Notes under the pieces: model-generated | Databases searched by the model: none | Seen by the model: only the letters and a program-made list of their open reading frames with translations | Told to the model about the DNA's origin: nothing | Assembly: GCF_963921235.1 (NCBI RefSeq) | Contig: NC_086097.1 | Span: forward strand, 98,396,001 to 98,460,000 | Length of the DNA: 64,000 nucleotides | Source of the DNA: Mobula hypostoma | Taxonomy: Eukaryota | Reading direction: 5' to 3' | Program-made: the position numbers and the translations under genes | In this document: in pieces, positions 11,850 through 25,086 of the stretch | How positions within the stretch are numbered: position 1 is the first letter of the stretch | Layout of the letters: each line of letters begins with the position of its first letter

Positions 11850-13704
11850 GTGAGGAAGTAATTGAATCTGCAGTTTGATTCTTCTCTGATTTCTCTGAAA
11901 ATGTGCTGTTACTGAATGTCCAGAATATGAGTAGTTTGGAATGCACCCATTGTTCAATTATTATTGATGAGTTAATAATTTATACTCTAGCCATGTGAAC
12001 AGAAATCATTTTGGGGTTGGGGGTACAATCTGGAGAGAGAAGTCGATGTAAAGAGTCTAATTAAATTGTATTGCTATAACTGTTAGCCTTGGAATGCTAA
12101 CGTCAGTTGAAATGTGATAATATATTACTGTACTGTTTGTAAGCAAGAGGCAGCTGTTTTTTTTGTGGTAGAACGTTACCTTTTTTCAGTCAAATGCCGT
12201 GTTAACAAGCGCAACTAAAGAGATGAATGAAAAATCCAGACTGACTCCCAGTGCACTGCAGAGGAAGTAAATTACAGTTAAGTGATTTTAAATGAGATCC
12301 AACATGATGTTTTGTAACAGTTTGAAGCTCAGTGGAGCTATTGGAACATCAGAGAATTGTTCTGTTCGTCATTTATACCACAACCATTTCAACCCTACTT
12401 GGTAACCTTCCATAGATGAGTATTGTATCTTGCTCTGTTGGTATTGGCCATTGACAGTTTTAGTAGTTATAAGTTATAACGACTGCGTTTTAGTAGACTA
12501 AAAATTGCTTTGCTACATGTGAGTATCTTTCCAATAAAGTGGAGACCTGACTTGTTTGTAGTTCTCAATCTGTAGTCTTGCAAATGTTGGATATGGTTCT
12601 TGTTTAGCCTGGAGGTCAGGTATTTGGTAATACTGCTAATATGTGTCATGATGCTTGTTGTTTTGTGGCAGCAGTAGGTCACAACAAACAAATTACTAAA
12701 TTTAAAAAAACAAGTGGTGCATAAAGTGAATGATTAGGTTGTATTTATGGACTGTTCGCAAAGAGGAGGAAGCTGTTCTTAATGTTGTGTGTTGATCCTC
12801 TTTCCTGTACCACCTAGCTGATGGCAGTGACAGAGAATGTCCCAGATGAGTGAAGGTCTTTAATGATGAATGCAGCCTTTTTGAGGTGCCACCTCATTAA
12901 GATGGTCAGTTGTAGGGAGGGTTGTGCCTATGATGGAACTGGCTGAGTTACAACCCTCTGCAGCAGCTTCTGATCTTGTATTGGAGGCTCTATTTCCAGC
13001 TGTGATGTAACCAGTCATTGCTCCCCATGGTACATCAAAAGAAATTTGCAAGTCTTTGGTGACACACCAAATTGCCTCAAACTCTTAATCAAGTGAAGTC
13101 ACTGGCATGCCTTTTTCATGATTGCATCAATGTGTTGGGCCCAGGATAGATTAGCACAGCCGGGACTTGAAGCTGCTCACCCTTTCCATCACTGACCTCT
13201 CAATGAGAACTGGTTCATGTGCTCTCAACTTACCCTTCCTGAATTCCACAGTCAATTCCTTGGTCTTACTGACATAGAGTGCAAGATTATTGCCTCAACA
13301 CCACTCATCCAGCTGATCCATCTCATTCCTGTTGCCTGTTGCCATCTGCAATTCTGCCATCAGAAGTGTTATTGGTGAAATTTATAGATGGTGCTTGAGC
13401 TGCTCTTAGCCGTACAAGCATGAGTTTAAAGAGTGGAGCGATAGGCTAAGCACGCATCCTAGAGATGCACCTGTGTCAACGTTCCCTCTATAATTTTTTT
13501 TTACAGCTGTGTGGCATTTTAATTTCTTTTGTAAGATGCATACTTGGAATGTTTAGAATGAAAGTTGAAAACTCTCATACTTTTTCATTTATTAAAGGGT
13601 ATGATAAAATATAGTACAACAATAACATTTTTTACGTTTCATAAACTTTACAAATCCACTGTCTAGATTAATTTTGCATGGAGATGAAAGATACTTCTGA
13701 ATTT

Positions 13705-15670
13705 TAAGATCTTAAGACATAGAAGCAGAATTAGGCCATATGGCCCATTGAGTCTACTCTACCATTCAATCATGGCTGATCCTTTTCTCCCCTCCTCAGC
13801 CCTGCTTCCTGGCCTTCTCCCCGTGACCTTTGATGCCGTGTCCAATCAAGAGCCAATCAAGCTCTGCCTTCAGTATACACAATGACCTGGCCACTCAGAT
13901 ACTTGTGGTAATAAATTCCACAAATTCACCACCCTCTGGTTAAAGATATTACTCCACATCTGTGTTTTAAATGAACGCCCTTCTATCCTGCGGCTGTACT
14001 CTTTTGCCCTAGACTCTACCACCATGGGAAACACTCTTTCCACATTTACTCTGTCTAGTCCTTTCAACATTTGAAAGGTTTCAATGAGATCCCCCTCATC
14101 CTTTTAAATTCCAGTGAGTACAGACCTAGAGCCGTTAAGCATTCATTGTAAGATAATCCTTTCATTCCCGGAATCATCCTTGTGAACCTCCTCTGAACCC
14201 TCTCCAATGCAGCACATCTTTTCTTTGATGAGACCAAAATTGTTCACAATACTCAAGGTGAGGCTTCACCAGTGCCTAGTAAAGCCTCAGGATCAAATCC
14301 CTGCTCTTGTATTCTAGAACTCTTGAAATGAATGCTAAAATTGCATTTACATTCCTCACCACTGACTCTACCTGCAAGTTAACTTTTAGGGTGGTCTGTA
14401 CAAGGACTCCCAAGTCTTTTTACATCTCAGATTTTTGTATTTTCTCCCCGTCTAGAAAATAGTTCATTGTCCTCATTTGTCCAAGTCCTTCTGCAGCCTA
14501 CCTGTTTCCTCAACACTAGCTGTTCCTCTACCAATCTTCATACCAGCTGCAAACTTGGAAACAAAGCCATCTATTCCATCATCTAAATCATTGATAAACA
14601 TCATAAACATTAATACAGACCACTGCGGAACACACCTAGTCACTGGCAGCCAACCAGAATAAGATCCTTTTATGCCTACTTGCTTCCTCCAACCAATCAG
14701 CCGATGCTCTAACCATGCCGGGAACTGTCCTGTAATGCCATGAGCTCATAACTTAGTAAGCAGCTTCATGTGTGGCACCTTGTCAAAGACCTTTTGAAAG
14801 TCCAAATATACAACATCCACTGCATCCCCTTTATTTGTAGTCTCCTCAAAGAATTCCAACAGGTTCGTCAAGCAATATTTTCCCTTAAGGAAGCCATGCT
14901 GACTTTGTCCTATCTTGTCTTGTGTCACCAAGTACTCCAAAACCTCATCCTTAACAATTGACTCCCACATCTTCCCAACTACAGAGATCAGGCTAACTGG
15001 TCTATAATTTCCTTTCTGTTGTCTTCATCCTTTCTTAAAGAGTGGAGTGACATTTGCAATTTTCAAGTCCTCTGGCACCATGCCCAGTAGCACTCATGTC
15101 CAATGATTTTTGAAAGATCATTGCTAATACCTCCACAATCTCTACCATTACCTCTTTTAGAACCCTAGGGTTCAGTTTATCTGGCCCGGGTGACTTGTAT
15201 TCCCTTATGTCTTTCAACTTTTTGAGCACCTTCTCCCTTGTAATAGTAACTGTACTCATACCTCTTTCCCTGTACCCTTCAATATCTAGCACACTGCAGG
15301 TGTTTTCCAGAGTGAAGACTGGTGCAAAATACACATTTAGTTCATCTGCCATCTCCTTGTCCCCTGTTATTATTTCTCTAGCCTCATTTTCTAGAGGTCC
15401 GATATCCACACTCGTCTCTTTTTTTACATACTTGAAAAAGCTTTTACTATCCACATTAATATTTTTGCTAGCTTGTTTTCATATTTCATCTTTTCCATCC
15501 TAATGATTCTTTCAGTTGCTTTCTGGTCAGGTTTTAAAAGCTTCCCAACCCTCTGTCTTCCCACTAATTTTTACTTTGTTGTATGCCCTCTCCTTGCTTT
15601 TTACATTAGCTTTAACTTCCCTTGTTAGCCACAGTTGTACTATTTTGCCATTTGAGTATTTCTTCATTCC
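13705..15670 (-). mobile_element. CR1 LINE fragment
   Basis: Minus-strand KSPGPDKLNPRVLKE, SQHGFLKGKYCLTNLLEFFE, VYLDFQKVFDKVPH; CR1 3' end near 13705. Confidence 0.9.
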
Positions 15671-15786
15671 TCATTAGATCATCCAAATGTTTCACTTCTG
15701 TCTGTTTCTGGATTTACATTTGATTGATTTCATAAGACTGAATCCATGTTTGCATTTGGCACTGGAAGCTTGAAATGTTCGAACGA

Positions 15787-15957
15787 GCAACACACACAAA
15801 ATGCTGGAGGAACTCAGCAGGCCAGGCAGCATTTACCATTCGGCCTGAAACGTCGACTGTACTTTTTTTGATAGATGCTGCCTGGCTTGCTGAGTTCCTC
15901 CAGCATTTTGTGTGTGTTGCTTGGATTTCCAGCATCTGCAGATTTTCTCTTCTTTGT
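15787..15957. mobile_element. Very short fold-back PLE-derived insertion with TSD
   Basis: 46-bp inverted arms (15787-15832 / 15875-15920, 1 mismatch); partial hammerhead (cggcctgaaacgtcgact); 13-bp TSD aatgttcgaacga (15774-15786) / aatgtttgaatga (15958-15970), differing only at CpG. Confidence 0.85.
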
Positions 15958-18900
15958 AATGTTTGAATGATGGCAACAAGAATTGACAATTCTTCAAAGT
16001 TTTTGTTTCTAAGCACGTAGTTCAACGTATCAGTGGGTGTCTTAATTGAACCAGTCTTAACTTTCTCAGAAACATCAAATTTAAAATCAGTGTTGCTGTG
16101 ATATTTTTGAGGCAACACAAATTATATTAAAATAATATTAACAAGAAAATTCCAGCTGTGGGCTAGGTGTGTGGGAGCACTTCACTTACTGCAAGGCCGT
16201 ATACCCTTGCTGCTTAGAGGGAACAGTGAACTGTGATTGTCAATGAGGAGAAGATTTTATTACAGATCCTTACTGACTGGACTCCTGATAAGGAAGTTTA
16301 GGATCCAGATGCAGAGGGAGGTACAGAGGCCAAGGTTTTGAAGCTTGTTGATTAGTACTGAGGGGTTGAGGGTGTTAAGCACTGTTGTCCAGGTGCACCA
16401 ATGCAGAATGGAGAGCCAGTGAATTTGTATCTGCTATTTGTATTTGTTAATGGTGGTAGACAAATTGCTGTGGATCCAGGTCCTTAGTCTGGCAGGAGTC
16501 GATTCTATCTGTAACCAACCTCTTCAAGCACTTAACAGTGGATGTGAGTGCTACTGGGCGATCGTCATTGAGGCAGATCACCCTGCTCCTCTTGGGTACC
16601 AGTATAATGTCCTTTTGAAGCAGATGGGAACTTCTGACTGCAGCAGTGAGAGGTTGAAGATATCCTTGAATACCGCAGCCAGTTAGTCAGTACCAGTTTT
16701 CAGTACTGTGCCAAGTACAGCATCGGGGCCTGATGCCTTCTGAAGGTTCACCCTCTTTTCGTCTGTTGTGAGCACTACAACTCCTTAGTTATTGTGTTTA
16801 TAAAGAAAAATTTGCATTATCTTTAATACTACGTAGTTTTGCATGCCTTTTTTAACTTCCTTTTTAATTTTACACTGTTTAATATTTTTCTAGCTTTCTA
16901 CAGTATTAAGTTTGATTATCAGATTGAATGTCGGCACATGCTACAAAATAGCAGATTTGTCACCATTGACATTTTATGGGTATATTGTTTATGTTTTTCT
17001 CCTTTTCTGAAGGGGGGGGAAACTCAGAGGCACCTTGGAGTGCATATCACAGATATTTAAAGGTAGCAGGAGCTGTGAGGCAGGTACACACGTTATCATT
17101 CTGTATGATAGCTCAGCATTTGCAGATTAGCTGTGGTGGACTGCATAGCTGAACATAAACTGCATTTTGACATGCTCACCCTGAACTGTCCAACAGAGGT
17201 GCCATTCACAGGCAGGAACAATAGATGCTCTTACTCCCTCTCCTACCCTTTGATGCACTGATCCTTATTTATGTTGGATGTTATTGGATAGAGCATGCAC
17301 AAATTTCTAATTGATTCTTTGGCCAGTTTTGTATTGTATTTACTTTGCTTGTGCTGCCTTGTGTCTGCTCTCCTGTTTCAACCAGGACCCAAACAGAACA
17401 ACTTCAGGCCACTTGATTTGTCTACTTCCTTGTAAGTGATGGGCATTCTGTGGTGCTGGAGGCTCCATCTCACTTTTGAGGGAATACATAATGTTGGCCT
17501 TTGACCAGATGTTAAATGAACTTGATTTCTGATATATGAAGTGGCTTAGTGTTTTCTTCACAAAGGTGATTTGTGTTTTCTATTGCATTAAATACAGATT
17601 TCTTAACCAAACAGAAAACATATACCAGATATTTATGTACACAAAAAAACTGTGTGGCTTTATTTCCTTGTACTGAAGGCTGATGCTGCACAGCATTTCC
17701 ATTGCTTCTGCCCAAGGTGGCTTACAGAAGTCAGATTAATGGAAAAGTGGATCATAATAGTTACTGAATGATGAAAATGGCTTTTGGATTTATTTCTGTT
17801 GCAATGAAATTTCTGAAGTTGTCATATGTTCTGGTGGGTCACCTTTAGAACATTCCGAAACTCATAAAAAGTTAATAGATTAGCTTCACTATCAATGATA
17901 ATTCTTTTAAGAATAAATAAATATTATTTGAATTCTCAGCCAACTGAGCATCAGAGAGGCTGAAACCAGACAGTTCAACCTTAACTCCATTTCTTGATTT
18001 CAGGCACACACTCAACTAATCAAGATTGTTTAATATCATTTACCCAAGAGTAAAGAACAAAATGATAGTTACTCTGGATCTGATGCAGCACAAAAAACAC
18101 AATAAGATTAAGAAGACAATAATAAAAAAAAAAACATATTACATATAAATACATATGATAGTTTATAAACCAGTTATTTTTGTGTACCATTGGTTCTGTT
18201 GAGCTCTGAACTGAGCTTTGAACAGATCACGCCTGGATAAATGGCCAAATGGTTGAGAAGCTATAAATACTAACAGAGGAACAGAGCTGGTTACCATTGA
18301 TATGCATGGACTGTGCACAAGGATGATGAAAGAGGATTAATGAAAGGGCAGGAATGGCAGCTCAGTATTGCTGGATGTGGCATGTTCAGGTGTGACATAT
18401 ATTTCCAGAGAGGAAATGGTGATGTACTGCGTTACAGCAGTACTGTGGATATTCTGGAGAGCTGAGCAAAGGAAGTAACATGAGTAGAGTTTAGAAAGAA
18501 GAAAAGAATGATCACTTTGATGGGATTATGCCATAGGCCTCCAACTAGTTGGTGAGATTTGGAAGAACAACATGTAGACAAATGGCAGGAGGATCTAAAA
18601 ACAATGGGGTTGTAGTAATGAGTGAGTTTAATGTCAATACTGACTGGTTTGCCTTTGTATAAGAGGCCTGGATGAATGAAATTGTTCTACGTACCCAGGA
18701 TAAGTTTTTAAAGCAGTGTGTAAGGAATCCTACTAGGGAGAGAACTGTACTTGACCACAATGTTGGCTACAATGGAGGGCGTCAGTTAGAGATTTTATAG
18801 GCTGGGAGTGCAGTAGGCTGAGGGGTGATCTTGGGAAGATTTATAAAATTATGAAGTGCATAGAGAATTGTTATAGAAGGGGCATAGAAAAATTGGTCTT

Positions 18901-19649
18901 TTTTCCCCAAAGGTAGTTGAGTCTAAAATGAGAAAGCACAAGTTTGAAGTGAGAGGAATGTTATTTAAATGAGAAATTAAGGGCAAGATTTTCACCTACT
19001 GAAGGGTAGATAGAGTGAGCTGCTAGGTACAGTCATAGTGCTTTAAAACAAGCATTTGGATAGGTACATAGCAAGGAAATGTTCAGAGTGATATGGGGCA
19101 AAGAGATAAGTGCAGACAGGGATTTTGGTCAGCATGGATGAATTGGACCAAAGGGCCTGTTTCCATGTTCTTTGACTTTGAGATTATATAGGCATTTTCG
19201 CAAAACATGGGAGATGCAAATATGAAATGGGACTGAAAGCTGCTTTTGTAGTATACAAGTTGCATAGTGATTTTGTACATCTTTAAAGAGATGGGACAGT
19301 AGCAGGAAGCATCATGCATCCAGTAATTGATGGATTTGGGATAAGCATATGTTATTACAAGAGATTAAACAGAGTTGGGAAACTGATTTTCCTTGCAGAG
19401 GTTTTGGTGTGACAAAATACAGCAGTTGATGATTGAAGCAGAGTGACTGAGTAGCATGGAACATATGATTTAGAATGTTGTGCACATTAAGAGTCAATAT
19501 CATTAGACATTTTAATCCTGGTATCATGTTCTTTGGTGTAAGTCCAGGGTTCTTGCTCTTTGATGTTACTTGTATTCGCTTCATGTAAGTTACTTTGTGG
19601 GTTAGCCTACTAAGTCAGATTTATTTTCATTTATTTCTCCTTTCTATAG

Positions 19650-19802
19650 AACATTCTCTTGAGTAATGAGACATCAGACTCGAACACTGATGTTGATGAT
19701 ACTGAGGGGGAATTCACCCTCAGCAAAGAAGAGTTGCATGATATGTTACGTCTGCATAAGTACAGAAAATTGCACCAGAGCAGGGTGCACAGCATCAGAG
19801 AG
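19650..19802 (+). CDS. INO80: INO80 coding exon
   Basis: ctatag| ... |gtaaaa; NILLSNETSDSNTDVDDTEGEFTLSKEELHDMLRLHKYRKLHQSRVHSIRE; 153 nt, phase 0-0. Confidence 0.95.
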
Positions 19803-20649
19803 GTAAAAATTTCTAACATGTACCACTTAGATCTGTTGCTCTTTGTGGGGTGGTTGGGACCGTTGTTACTTTGATATATTGGGGATCACTAATGGTCATC
19901 ACGGTTGGTGAATGGAGAAAATGATTGAAGTATGATTTGTTATTAAATCACTATGATCCTGGCCGTTAACCAAGTTGTGTCACTTGGATGTGGGGTTTGC
20001 ACAACAAAGCAGTGATAATTGGGAATTGATGGAAGCAATTCATTGGGAGAGTTATCTGATAGGAAGAGAGGAGTCACCATGATGTTCCTTTTGTTGAAGA
20101 AAGAGCTTAGGATATGTTTTGTGACTTAAATTTTGGTTTGTTGACTGTGTTGGCATTTCCCCATTTGTTTATCTCTTCATACCTATTGCAGGGGATCTAC
20201 TTACTGGTAATTGTAATGTTTTGTGCTGAGAACCACATATCTACGTTAGCCATCTTGATACTTGTAAATAGATAAATTGCCAATAAGTTATGCTAAATCA
20301 AATAAAATGCAGTTTTTTGCCACAGCAGATGCACATTTAAGCAGACAGAGTGCTCAGAAGGGTGTAAAAGTTTTAGCAGTACAGAAGAGCAATTTTTGAG
20401 GATGTGGGATTTCTCCTTGTTATAAGCTGCAGAATACAAGTTGGATTTTCTCAATTGAGGCAAAAAGATGTGATGATGTTTAATATTATAAACTGTGGGC
20501 AGAGTTCTTAAAAGTAATCCTGTGTCTTGCAACAGCAGAGAAGCTGAGAACCAGATTACAAAGACTTTTGGGCACAAGCACCAATGTGGAGCAACTGTGT
20601 AAACAACTGTTTTGGATTTGGAATAGAGCACCTGTAATGGTGTCAGAAG

Positions 20650-21210
20650 GACTGCAGAAGCTAGAATCTGGAGCAGAAACTAAACTATTGGAAGAAATCA
20701 GAATTATGATCTGCATCGAAGCTTAATGTAGGGAAAAGATGGCCAGCATGTAGAATTAAAAGGTGGGGGGGGGCAGGGGAATGAGACAGAGGCTGGAGGG
20801 TCAATGGTGGAACCAGATTGATGAGGGGGGAGGTACCTGCCAATCATTCCTCCCTTTTCTAGTTCTGCCTGTCTCCTCACAGCTTCTCTCGACCATTTAC
20901 TTCCACTTGGCTCCATCTGAGTAATTTTGTTCTTTGTGGTTCTATCGATCACCCACCCACCTCTCTCAAAACTGCTCCCACCCTCCCCACTTGGTTACAT
21001 CTGCCCTGTGTTTCCCAGCCACCCCATGCCAAGAAAATCTTGTTCTACCTATCATCTACTGTTCTCCATCTTGCTATTCTCTTTAACTTGTACAGACTGG
21101 CCATCTTCCCCCCTCAGTAAGTCTTGATGCAGTGTTTTGACTCAGTGTCATCTGTCCCTTTGCTTCCACAAATGCTGTTGGTCTACCCAGTTCTTCCATC
21201 AGTCTTTGAA
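20650..21210. mobile_element. Old, degraded fold-back PLE-like remnant
   Basis: gggaaaagatggccagcatgtagaattaaa (~20731) is an approximate inverted copy of ctttaacttgtacagactggccatcttcccc (~21081); decayed hammerhead/tail region at ~21120-21205. Confidence 0.45.
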
Positions 21211-22250
21211 AGAAAATTAGATAAATACATGAAGGAGAAAAAATCCGAAAGGATGTGTAAAGAGTTTATGGGCGTAGCTCTTAAAGGATTGCCCAATGGC
21301 TTACTTTTCTATATTAATCTGTGATTGGCGGTATAGTAAATAATGTACATAAGATGCTGGTAAAATGAAAGGGGATATTTGAGGCTGATGGATATCAGTG
21401 CAGCTGAATATGGTTGTTAATTTTTTTTGAACCATAGATGGTTGGATCCCAGAAGTATGGCGATTGATAAATAGATTTGGTTGAAGTAGGTTGTATCCCC
21501 TGTATTCTTTATCAAAGGTTTGTTTGCTGGGCAAAGACAGGGAATGATGGACATTTAGATATGGAGGCAATCATGGGATGTGGTCTCAATGCAGAGTGAC
21601 GGAAGTAAAGGGCAGCCATCATCTTACTGGCTATATATTGTCTCATGTTACATTTGATTACATGTGAACACTGCGATATCTGGTTCAGCTCCTCACCCAT
21701 TTACCCTCGATTCTTCCTTTGCCTTTGACATCTGTTTTCAATAATTCACTTTATCCCCAGTTAAACTTGGGGAAATCTGGAATCATTACCTTCTGTAGGT
21801 CTGCCAACAAAATAGTTTTTATGTTGAAAGAAATTGCTTGTCATCTGAAATGGTTTATCTAATCCCAGGTTCTCTTTATTGTAGACCTTATTTCTGTAGC
21901 AGCATTTACCTCTGCCTGTTATGTGAAATCCTCATCTGTGTCTCTAAAGCCTAGGTACAATTATTTCAATGTTGCCCTACGCTAATAAACCAGATTATTC
22001 AAAACATGCTGATCTTTCCTGGTCTTGTGTAATTGTTTGCCCTATTCTACACCATTGCTGGTCCTTCAAATTTACTGATTTGCAGCTACTGTAGGAACGG
22101 TTTAAAATCCTTCCCTGCACTCATCCCATTTTGTTTTGTAATTGTGCTGGGATGTTAATTTGTTGTCATAGGTCTGTAATGTGTACGATAATCTGATGCT
22201 GAATAGATTTGATGTTCTGAAGAATTGCATTAATTGTTTATGGTCTCCAG

Positions 22251-22371
22251 CTCCAGCAGTACCAATACTACAGCACTGGACTGCTATCCATGCATGACCA
22301 TTTTTATGAGCAGCAACGCCATGTCCTAGGTCCTAGCAGGAAGAAGAAAAAAGAAGAGAAAAAGATCAAGG
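22251..22371 (+). CDS. INO80: INO80 coding exon
   Basis: ctccag| ... |gtgagt; LQQYQYYSTGLLSMHDHFYEQQRHVLGPSRKKKKEEKKIK. Confidence 0.95.
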
Positions 22372-22774
22372 GTGAGTTGCATCAGTCTGCCATAAAGATC
22401 ATGGTTGCTATTTATTTTGTTTCATCCCATTGTAGTTTCCCGTGGAATAAATAACTGCTCTTTGAAAGCAGAAATATTCTATTAATTACTACTTTGGTGG
22501 TGTTTGATGTAAGTTTCAAGATGGCACAGAGCTGCAACCTCCTTTGAGGTTGCAGCTCAGTACTTTTTTGGGCTTATGGGAATGGTTTTGGGGATAGAGA
22601 GGGAAGTTTAGGGGTCAGGTTAGAGTTTAGGAAGAATGGATGAATTAAAGGACAGGCGGAGTCTTGCATCTCCACTCCACATTTGAAGGCCAGTGACGCT
22701 GATGTGGAACATCAGTGGATGGAGATTTTTGGCCGTATGTCAGATCGGCAGACCAGCGTTGGGTGAGCCTGGTG

Positions 22775-22952
22775 CCCCCCCACACCCTTCCTTCTTCCCC
22801 CCACACCCTTCCTTCTTCCCCCCACACCCTTCCTTCTTCCCCCCACACCCTTCCTTCTTCCCCCCACACCCTTCCTCCTTCCCCCCACACCCTTCCTCCC
22901 CCCCCACACCCTTCCTCCCCCCCCACACCCTTCCTCCTCTCTCCCCCCCCCC
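22775..22952. repeat. C-rich 21-bp minisatellite (ccccccacacccttccttctt)n
   Basis: About 4 perfect units followed by decaying units; G-tract-rich on the - strand. Confidence 0.95.
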
Positions 22953-23489
22953 AAACATCCCCATGTTCATCAAGTTGTCAGCAGGTTCTGTCTGGGCAGG
23001 AGAAATGAGGTCCAGTGACCCCCTAGTTTCGTGGATCAGGGAGTCCAGAGTTTGAGGCCTGGTGTTTCAGGTCCTGCCATCAGCGAACCGGAAGTCAAGG
23101 CCTGTTGGCCAGAGCCCTGGGTCTGTTAGTCTGCTGGGGCAGTGGTCATCTTTGAAGTCAAACAGGACAAAAGAAATATTTTTCTGAGCACTAGTTGAAC
23201 ATAATTTTAAAAAAATGATAGTAAACATGAAGTAAGCTTTTGTTGAGAAGCTTGTTTCATCTTACGAGGTTGCATTGCTTTGATATGCCATAGCCTGGGG
23301 CTCATATTACACAAAGAAGGTGATTTCAACCAACATTGCTCTCGTTGTAGTGTGTTTTGTGAGGTGTGGGGTTGGAGTATTTATTGAGTGAATGGGGTGG
23401 ATATGGACAATACTGTACATAGGTGTACAGATGGTGTGAAATTCATGATGTACCTGAGGAGGTAAAAGTTGAATATAATTTTTTTTCAG

Positions 23490-23698
23490 CTAAACTAAAG
23501 AAAGTGAAGAAGAAGAGGAAGCGTGAGGAGGAGCATTCTTCTGAAGAATCCCCACGGAGGGCAGAGATGAAAATATTTGCCAAATTCTCCCATGACGCTC
23601 CTCCTCCAGGTTCAAAGAAAAAGCACCTTAATCTGGAGCAGTTGAATGCACGGCGACGCAAGGTGTGGCTCAGTATTGCAAAAAAAGAGGTTCCTAAG
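23490..23698 (+). CDS. INO80: INO80 coding exon
   Basis: tttcag| ... |gtgaga; (A)KLKKVKKKRKREEEHSSEESPRRAEMKIFAKFSHDAPPPGSKKKHLNLEQLNARRRKVWLSIAKKEVPK. Confidence 0.97.
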
Positions 23699-23849
23699 GT
23701 GAGAACATGTACAGTGTTATATAGTGTACTGAGCAAGTGATGTGGCTGATCTCTCTTGAGTCAAACTGTGCTGTCAAATGGTAGAGGTTTCCTGCATATT
23801 TCCATCCATAATGTTTTTCAAGTGAGTTGAGGGTACATCATGGGAAGAG

Positions 23850-24358
23850 TAAATGGAAAATCAAGATTTGCAAAAGGCCTTTGACAAGGCTGTGAAAGAA
23901 TTTAAGAGCCCATGGTATTGCAGGAAAGATGCTGGATGGATAGAAAAGTGGCTGACTGGCAGGATGCAAAATGTGGGAATACAGGAAGCCTTCCTCTGTT
24001 GGCTGCCAGTGATTAATGCTGATTTGGAGGAGTTGGTGCTGGGATCACTTCTTTTCATGTTATATGTTAATGATCTGAATGACACAATTGATGACTTTGT
24101 GGCGAAGTTTGCAGACGATACAAATATAAGTGGAGGGTGGAGGAGCAGGGAGTCTGTAGAAGGACTTGGATTGATAAGGAGAATGTGGCAGATGGAATAT
24201 AGTGTATGATTATGCGCTTTAAAAGAAAAAAGCGTGTTATTTTCTAAATGGGGAGCAAATTCTGAAATCGGGTACAAAGAAACTTGGGGATCCTTGCAGA
24301 GGGTTCTGAAGGTTAACCTGCAATTTGAGTCTATAGTAAGGAAGTGGATTGCAATTTT
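23850..24358 (+). mobile_element. CR1 LINE RT fragment
   Basis: DLQKAFDK..WIEKWLTGR..VLGSLLFMLYVNDL..KFADDT. Confidence 0.85.
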
Positions 24359-24422
24359 AGCAACACACCTCAAAGTTGCAGGTGAACGCAGCAGGCCAGG
24401 CAGCATCTCTAGGAAGAGGTAC

Positions 24423-24458
24423 AGTCGACGTTTCAGGCCGAGACCCTTCGTCAGGACT
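24423..24458 (-). ncRNA. Minimal hammerhead ribozyme, intact core, antisense to INO80
   Basis: Reverse complement reads AGTCCTGACGAAGGGTCTCGGCCTGAAACGTCGACT, identical to the + strand copy at 25051. Confidence 0.85.
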
Positions 24459-25050
24459 AACTGAAGGAAGAGTTAGTAAGAGATTTGAAAGTAGGAGGGG
24501 GAGGGAGAGATCCGAAATGATAGGAGAAGACAGGAGGGGGAGGGATGGAGCCAAGAGCTGGACAGGTGATTGGCAAAGGGGATATGATAGGATCATGGGA
24601 CAGGAGGCCCAGGGAGAAAGAAAAGGTGGGGGAGAGAAAAAGCCCAGAGGGTGGGCAAGAGGTATAGTGAGAGGGACAGAGGGAGAAAAAGGAGAGAGAG
24701 AAAAAGAATGTGTGTGTATATATAAATAAATAACATTTGGGGCACGAGGGGGAGGTGGGGCATTAGCAGAAGTTTGAGAAGTCAATGTTCATTAGCCCTC
24801 CCCATCGTACCCCATCCGTTATTTATATATATATATACACACATTCTTTTTATCTCTCTCCTTTTTCTCCCTCTGCCTCTCTCACTATATCCCTTGCCCA
24901 TCCTTTGGGCTTTTCCCCCCCTCCCCCGTTTCTTTCTCCCTTGGCCTCCTGTCCCATGATCCTCTCATATCCCTCCTGTCTTCTCCTATCATTTCGGATC
25001 TCCCCCTCCCCCTCCCACTTTCAAATCTCTTACTATCTCTTCTTTCAGTT

Positions 25051-25086
25051 AGTCCTGACGAAGGGTCTCGGCCTGAAACGTCGACT
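25051..25086 (+). ncRNA. Minimal type I hammerhead ribozyme (PLE-associated), intact core
   Basis: AGTC-CTGACGA-AGG GTCTCGG CCT-GAAAC-GTC-GACT: stem I AGUC/GACU, CUGANGA box, stem II, GAAA box, palindromic ACGU stem III; predicted cut after GUC at 25082. Confidence 0.85.

Larger units (their letters stand above)
13477..16228. mobile_element. hAT-like non-autonomous element hosting CR1 and PLE insertions
   Basis: TIRs caacgttccctcta / tagagggaacagtg; imperfect 8-bp TSD acctgtgt / aactgtga. Confidence 0.65.
12620..16760 (-). mobile_element. Rex/Babar-like LINE split by a hAT element (12620-13476 + 16229-16760)
   Basis: Decayed RT on both sides, collinear across the insertion (...gcacctgtgt | ...ctgtgattgtcaatgaggagaag). 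Confidence 0.7.

Noticed and set aside
22645..23055. Overlapping ORFs with repeated peptides (GEEGRVW, PPHPSFF)
   Set aside because: Translation artefacts of the 21-bp minisatellite; identical units without spacers, so not a CRISPR array either.
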